This document shows, piece after piece, positions 59,814-64,000 of a DNA stretch of 64,000 nt (positions within the stretch are counted from its first letter, which is position 1; each line of letters opens with the position of its first letter). The notes under the pieces are model-generated. The model was not told the origin of the DNA. It searched no databases and was given only the letters and a program-made list of their open reading frames with translations. The translations under genes and the position numbers were made by a program. This DNA is from Kiritimatiellia bacterium (GTDB taxonomy: Bacteria > Verrucomicrobiota > Kiritimatiellia > JAAZAB01): contig JAXGPF010000009.1 of NCBI GenBank assembly GCA_040767085.1, positions 96,001 through 160,000 of the forward strand. The letters run 5' to 3'.

Positions 59814-59890
59814 GCCCGAACATGACGCCGGAGCATATTTCCAAAGGCCGCGGATGGCCTTCGGAAAATGCTCAGCGTCGGCGTACATGA
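59814..59890 (+). other. attC-like integron recombination site (R' core degenerate)
   Basis: GCCCGAAC, then long imperfect hairpin GACGCCGGAGCAT-ATTTCC-AAAGGCC..GGCCTTC-GGAAA-ATGCTCAGCGTC, then GTAC instead of GTT. Confidence 0.65.
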
Positions 59891-59893
59891 CAA

Positions 59894-60787
59894 ATGAAAG
59901 CTCCAAGGAAACACCTTTACCGCTATTATTCAAATGCGGACTTCATCTTGGACGTTCTGCGGTATAGACGGCTTTACCACTGCCTCCCCATGGAATTCAA
60001 TGACCCGTTCGACTGTAGACCGTTATTGACGATTCGGCATAGCAAGTGCAACAACGGCACATGGCATAAATTGTTTTTCCATTTAGCGAAATTCCAATAC
60101 CCAGAAGAGACCACTGAAGAACTCACAAAACACGCAGACGCTGCCATGGCAAAAGGACTCCATAAAGATACCGCATGGCTTAGCGAAGTTGACGAAACGT
60201 TCAAAACCATTGGTTCTTTAGTGCGGGTATGTTGTTTCGCTACAGATGCTCGCAACATGATGATGTGGACACACTATGCCGCCAACCATCAGGGACTGGC
60301 CCTCGTGTTTCGCACCGCCTTCCTGCTCGATGATCAATCGAAAGAATTTCGAGGACAGGCGGTGACCTATGTGCCTTCCGCACTTGGAGTTCACGAATAC
60401 GTGGATGCAATTGAAAAAGATTCGACCAATGAAGATTCTGCTGCAATGGCCCGCATAATCTACTCAACAAAGACTAAGCACTGGCGAGGCGAAGAAGAGA
60501 TCCGGTTCTTCACATCAAAAGAACGCACCCATCTTTCCTTTCCGGAATCAGCTCTCTGCGCTATCGTATTTGGAGATCGATGCTGGGAACACTTAATTGG
60601 ACATGTGATTGAAGCCCTTAAAGACTGGGATCATAAACCACGGCTATTTAAGGCATCCATAACAAAGGCAACACACAAACTCTGGATAGGAAGACACCAA
60701 TTGTCACCTCATCCTGTGGCAAATCAAGCCCACGATGATTCACGCCTTCCGCTAATAAATGACAAACAAAACATGAAACAGGAATAA
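59894..60787 (+). CDS. DUF2971 domain protein
   Basis: LYRYY, FNDPFDC, VCCF, MMWTHYA.NH.G, K..HW..EEEIR. Confidence 0.85.
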   Translation: MKAPRKHLYRYYSNADFILDVLRYRRLYHCLPMEFNDPFDCRPLLTIRHSKCNNGTWHKLFFHLAKFQYPEETTEELTKHADAAMAKGLHKDTAWLSEVDETFKTIGSLVRVCCFATDARNMMMWTHYAANHQGLALVFRTAFLLDDQSKEFRGQAVTYVPSALGVHEYVDAIEKDSTNEDSAAMARIIYSTKTKHWRGEEEIRFFTSKERTHLSFPESALCAIVFGDRCWEHLIGHVIEALKDWDHKPRLFKASITKATHKLWIGRHQLSPHPVANQAHDDSRLPLINDKQNMKQE

Positions 60788-60791
60788 TAGA

Positions 60792-61301
60792 ATGATTTGG
60801 CTCTTGGCAACTTTAGCAATCCTTGTGTTTTTGGCGCTTATTCTGACCAAATTAACCCAATCGGGCAGAGTCAAGCAGTCCGAATATCCTTACCATAAAA
60901 CCGACACATTATTTTCGCCAGCCGAGCGCTCTTTCTACGGAGTCCTTGTCCAAACCGTGGGTGCAAATATAAAAATATTTGGGAAAGTTAGGGTTGCGGA
61001 TCTGGTTATCCCGCAAAAAGGCCTTTCGCGAAGCGATTGGCAAAAAGCCTTTAACAAGATTGCGGGAAAACATATTGATTTTATTCTATGCAACAGCGAC
61101 AACCTGTCTGTTATTTGCGCCATTGAGCTTGATGACAGATCCCATCAAGCTGCGGAAAGGCAGCGAAGGGATGAATTTATACGTGGCGTATGTGACAAGG
61201 CAAAGATCCCATTGATTCACATCACCGCGAAAGCGAGTTATGCCGTCAACGATATACGTCAACAGTTGTCGCCATATTTATCTGGTCAAAACCAACAATA
61301 A
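60792..61301 (+). CDS. DUF2726 domain protein
   Basis: N-terminal TM, LFSPAERSFY, KVRVADL, KHIDFILC, IELDDRSH, RDEF. Confidence 0.88.
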   Translation: MIWLLATLAILVFLALILTKLTQSGRVKQSEYPYHKTDTLFSPAERSFYGVLVQTVGANIKIFGKVRVADLVIPQKGLSRSDWQKAFNKIAGKHIDFILCNSDNLSVICAIELDDRSHQAAERQRRDEFIRGVCDKAKIPLIHITAKASYAVNDIRQQLSPYLSGQNQQ

Positions 61302-61332
61302 CGCACCACAATACACAGGAGGACATGTTGAT

Positions 61333-61656
61333 ATGAACCATTTAATTTCACTGGTCTTATTGGCGCTCATCGGTTTCGGCATATACTGGGTATTAGTCTT
61401 AAGAGCTCATGGAAAAACATGGAAGGCATTACCACAAGGAGATGACGCATTAATTGGCAAACACGGCATAGCACGATCTGCTTTAACGCCTTCCGGGATA
61501 GTGATCATTGACGGAAAACGTATAGATGCTTTTGCAGAAGGTGACATGATAGAATCGGGCAGAAAAATAATTGTAACCAGCGTGCGCCCTGGTCGTGTTG
61601 TTGTGGCGGCGGCCGATGAAATACCTGATCAGCCTTTAACATCAGAGCAAAAATGA
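61333..61656 (+). CDS. NfeD-like C-terminal OB-fold membrane protein
   Basis: TM helix plus LIGKHGIA.SALTPSG.V.IDGKRIDA..EG..I..G..I.V. Confidence 0.8.
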   Translation: MNHLISLVLLALIGFGIYWVLVLRAHGKTWKALPQGDDALIGKHGIARSALTPSGIVIIDGKRIDAFAEGDMIESGRKIIVTSVRPGRVVVAAADEIPDQPLTSEQK

Positions 61657-62653
61657 CATATCGCGATAAAGAAAAGAAACGGTACATCAGCATAAAATCA
61701 GAATTGTTTTCCCTGGAAGCATGTATTCATGGAACATATAACGGGGAAAAATATGGTTTTTGCCTGGCCGATAATCTGTCGGCAGAAAATTTGTTTGTTG
61801 GAATTCGAGATAAAGCGATTGAGTATTTCAGGAAAAGAAATATCCCCTGGCATGATGGGAAAAACCAACGATCGCTGCCAAGCAACCATTTGTGTTGATC
61901 TCAGTCCGCCTGCGTGAATATTTTGTTTCCATACATGGATCAGCCCGCGGCATTCTTACAACTACTCAATGCTCTCGGATACGACGCCAAAGAAACGCTC
62001 CCCCTTCTTGGTGACTTGGAGTCATCGAGCGGCTTCACTGGTTTTGAATGGATTGGCCAAAGGAATTACCTACAAGAATTATCCCGCGGGAAAATGGCTA
62101 ATGACAACCAAAGGAGCCGGGGACAAAATTTCACCAGCGCCGACTTTGTAATTCGGTTTCGCCAAAACAATGAAAAAGTCCATTTGATATTCGGCGAATG
62201 GAAACACACTGAATATTACGCGGCCAATCAATCCATTCAACATTCAAAAGCAGGGCGAGACAGAGCCACGATCTATGGATCGTATATTGAAAAACACCTG
62301 CCCATGGTAAAAAAAACTATATAATCCCGGCAGCTTCACTGTTCTTCGATCCGTTTGATCAGTTGATGAGACTACAATTACTGGCAGCGGAAGCTGAGAC
62401 CGCCAAAGAAATGGATGCCGACATTGTGTCGGTCATGCATGTGGCACCCAGGATGAATAAAGATCTCATGACGAGAATCACCTCTCCGGGGTTGAAATCG
62501 CTGGGCAACAACATTCATGAAATTTGGAAAATATTAACGATGCCAGGTAAGTTCAACGGCGTTTACCTTGAGGATCTGATCCCGAGAATCAAACATTCAA
62601 CACGGAACCAGGAGTGGGCCAAATATCTCAGCGTCCGTTATGGCGGAAGCTGA
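61653..62653 (+). pseudogene. PGN_0703-like endonuclease pseudogene
   Basis: NHLC*SQSACVN (in-frame TGA at 61896), TSADF, GEWKHTE; frameshift at an A-run near 62310, then FDQLMRLQLLA. Confidence 0.72.
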
Positions 62654-62675
62654 GTTCCCCTACTCCGTGCTAAAA

Positions 62676-62696
62676 GTGTGTTGGTGGTTGTGTTGG
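62676..62696 (+). repeat. 21 bp repeat, probable integrase arm-type site (right)
   Basis: Identical to 12805-12825. Confidence 0.75.
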
Positions 62697-62841
62697 ATTT
62701 AGAACGTTCTGTAAAGCCATGTCAATCAGTGAGAAGTCGCCAACTAAATCTTTTGTAATTATCTTTCTTTTATGGAGTTACACACCCGCCAAACGGCGTT
62801 TTTCAAACATGCGAAAACAGCAAACTACCCCATTTTTACGT

Positions 62842-62886
62842 TTCGGGTCCAAAAGGTCGTGGGTTCAAATCCCACCGCCCCGACCA
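62842..62886 (+). repeat. Distal att site: displaced 3' half of tRNA-Pro
   Basis: 41/45 identical to 12707-12751 and ends in CCA. Confidence 0.93.
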
Positions 62887-63013
62887 TACTTCGCTCGGAG
62901 CGGAGCGATGAGCGAAGTATGCCCTACGTAGCACGGCGCCGCGCCGGGCGAAGTAGGGCCGGCTTGATGAACCCCGCTCCGAGCTACGTATGGCAAGCCA
63001 GCCTTCGAGAACC

Positions 63014-63256
63014 ATGCACCATGTTTACCTGCTCAGGAGTCTGACCGAGCCCAAACAGACTTACATCGGCCTGACGGACGACATGCGGGCACGGCTGAAG
63101 AGCCACAACGAGGGCGCCAACTTCCACTCCGCCAAGTATCGTCCCTGGGAACTGGTCTGCTGCATTTCCTTCCAGTCGAGGGAACGATCCGCGGAGTTCG
63201 AGAAATACCTGAAGGTGGGCTCAGGCCATGCATTCGCCCACCGGCATCTCTGGTGA
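63014..63256 (+). CDS. Small GIY-YIG nuclease family protein
   Basis: HVYLL....TYIGLT.D...RL..HN.G...KYRPW.L...FEKYLK.GSG. Confidence 0.9.
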   Translation: MHHVYLLRSLTEPKQTYIGLTDDMRARLKSHNEGANFHSAKYRPWELVCCISFQSRERSAEFEKYLKVGSGHAFAHRHLW

Positions 63257-63356
63257 GCCTGGCCGCCCGATCGGTTCAATGCCACCCTTCGTTTCCTGCG
63301 CGACCTTTTGTTTAATCCGGATTTTCCGCTTTCGAGATCTTTGCGATCTCTTGCGG

Positions 63357-64000
63357 TTAATTTATCCGTGCGGATTGCCGGCCGGCGCTAACCGGCAGCA
63401 AGACGCCGTCACGCAACTGCGGCAATGCGGAATCCGCCTGGATGCGCTTGCCCGAACTCCGATCGTACAGGCCGAAATACAGCCGTATTTTCCCGTCCGG
63501 CACATCAGGCGGCACAGCCATTTCGCGCTTATACATGAATACCGCCTTGTCGCTTTGGTTCCGCACAACCCAGCCGGGACAATGTTCCAGCAAAACGTGG
63601 TCATCCTGCAACAGGATCTGATCCTGCTCATCCAAAAAATGCACAAAAACCATGCACCTGTTTTTGTCGATATCCGGGGGACACGTCCAGTAATACGCCA
63701 GTGCGGCCCGTCCGCCGGGGCGTAGTTCAATCTCGCCTCCGCCCAACCCCAGGAATTCGACGCCATTGCCGAATCGCACCGCGGCGGGCAGGCCCGGTTC
63801 GGTCATGGCGCGGATTTCAGCCCTCAAGTCCTGCGCCGCCTGCGTTTCCCCGCATTGCGCGAACAAATCCGCCAGGAGCCGCTGGGCCGGGTGGTTATAG
63901 TTGCCGGGATATTCGTTGATCGCCGTTTTCAGCATGGCTTCCGTAAGGGCATCCGCGCGCCCGGCTTGCAACCGGCGTTCCGCCCGGCGCAGGAGGTTAT
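63357..64000 (-). CDS. C-terminal part of hypothetical protein (TPR-like helix plus beta-sandwich tail); 5' end outside window
   Basis: Frame stays open to the window edge; FGNGVEFLG...YYW...VFVHF.D...QDDH...GLYD tail. Confidence 0.65.
   Translation of the reverse strand, partial: NLLRRAERRLQAGRADALTEAMLKTAINEYPGNYNHPAQRLLADLFAQCGETQAAQDLRAEIRAMTEPGLPAAVRFGNGVEFLGLGGGEIELRPGGRAALAYYWTCPPDIDKNRCMVFVHFLDEQDQILLQDDHVLLEHCPGWVVRNQSDKAVFMYKREMAVPPDVPDGKIRLYFGLYDRSSGKRIQADSALPQLRDGVLLPVSAGRQSARIN

Larger units (their letters stand above)
12707..62886. mobile_element. ~50 kb tRNA-Pro-integrated genomic island (defence island with satellite-like core)
   Basis: 45 bp imperfect direct repeat of the tRNA 3' half at 12707-12751 and 62842-62886, an adjacent tyrosine integrase, and accessory cargo between. 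Confidence 0.93.

Noticed and set aside
60700-61660. Additional attC sites between DUF2971, DUF2726 and NfeD-like genes
   Set aside because: No convincing hairpins or complementary core sites could be found by eye.
61896-61898. In-frame TGA as selenocysteine or readthrough
   Set aside because: The same gene also has a downstream frameshift and no SECIS-like hairpin was evident, so pseudogenisation is the simpler explanation.
63280-63360. Pyrimidine-rich degenerate repeats (CTTTGCGATCTCTTGCGG-like)
   Set aside because: Only a few imperfect units; no feature can be supported.

Overview
GC-rich bacterial chromosome segment; PVC-superphylum-like by gene content, which is inference. Positions 1-12.6 kb hold housekeeping and metabolic genes plus one IS1202-family IS. 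A ~50 kb genomic island is integrated in tRNA-Pro(CGG), with the intact tRNA at 12675-12751 and the displaced 3' half at 62842-62886. The island carries a tyrosine integrase with an inserted HTH and an ~18 kb tightly coupled anti-phage gene run: PLD-SF2 helicase, Eco57I-like methyltransferase, TIGR02391/HEPN, two different OLD+UvrD (Gabija-like) pairs separated by a DprA/SLOG gene, and GmrSD. It also has three PGN_0703-like nuclease genes (one intact) and an XRE/unknown-protein/ArdC-like module. A precisely delimited Zn-ribbon + DDE + AAA transposon with a TPR passenger splits one gene. A satellite-like replication module (xis, rep, primase-helicase, resolvase) is hit by three apparently identical ISL3 copies. 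IS66 debris and an orphan integron cassette with an attC site are also present. No CRISPR array, capsid or conjugation genes were seen. All family assignments come from motif recognition by eye, not database searches.
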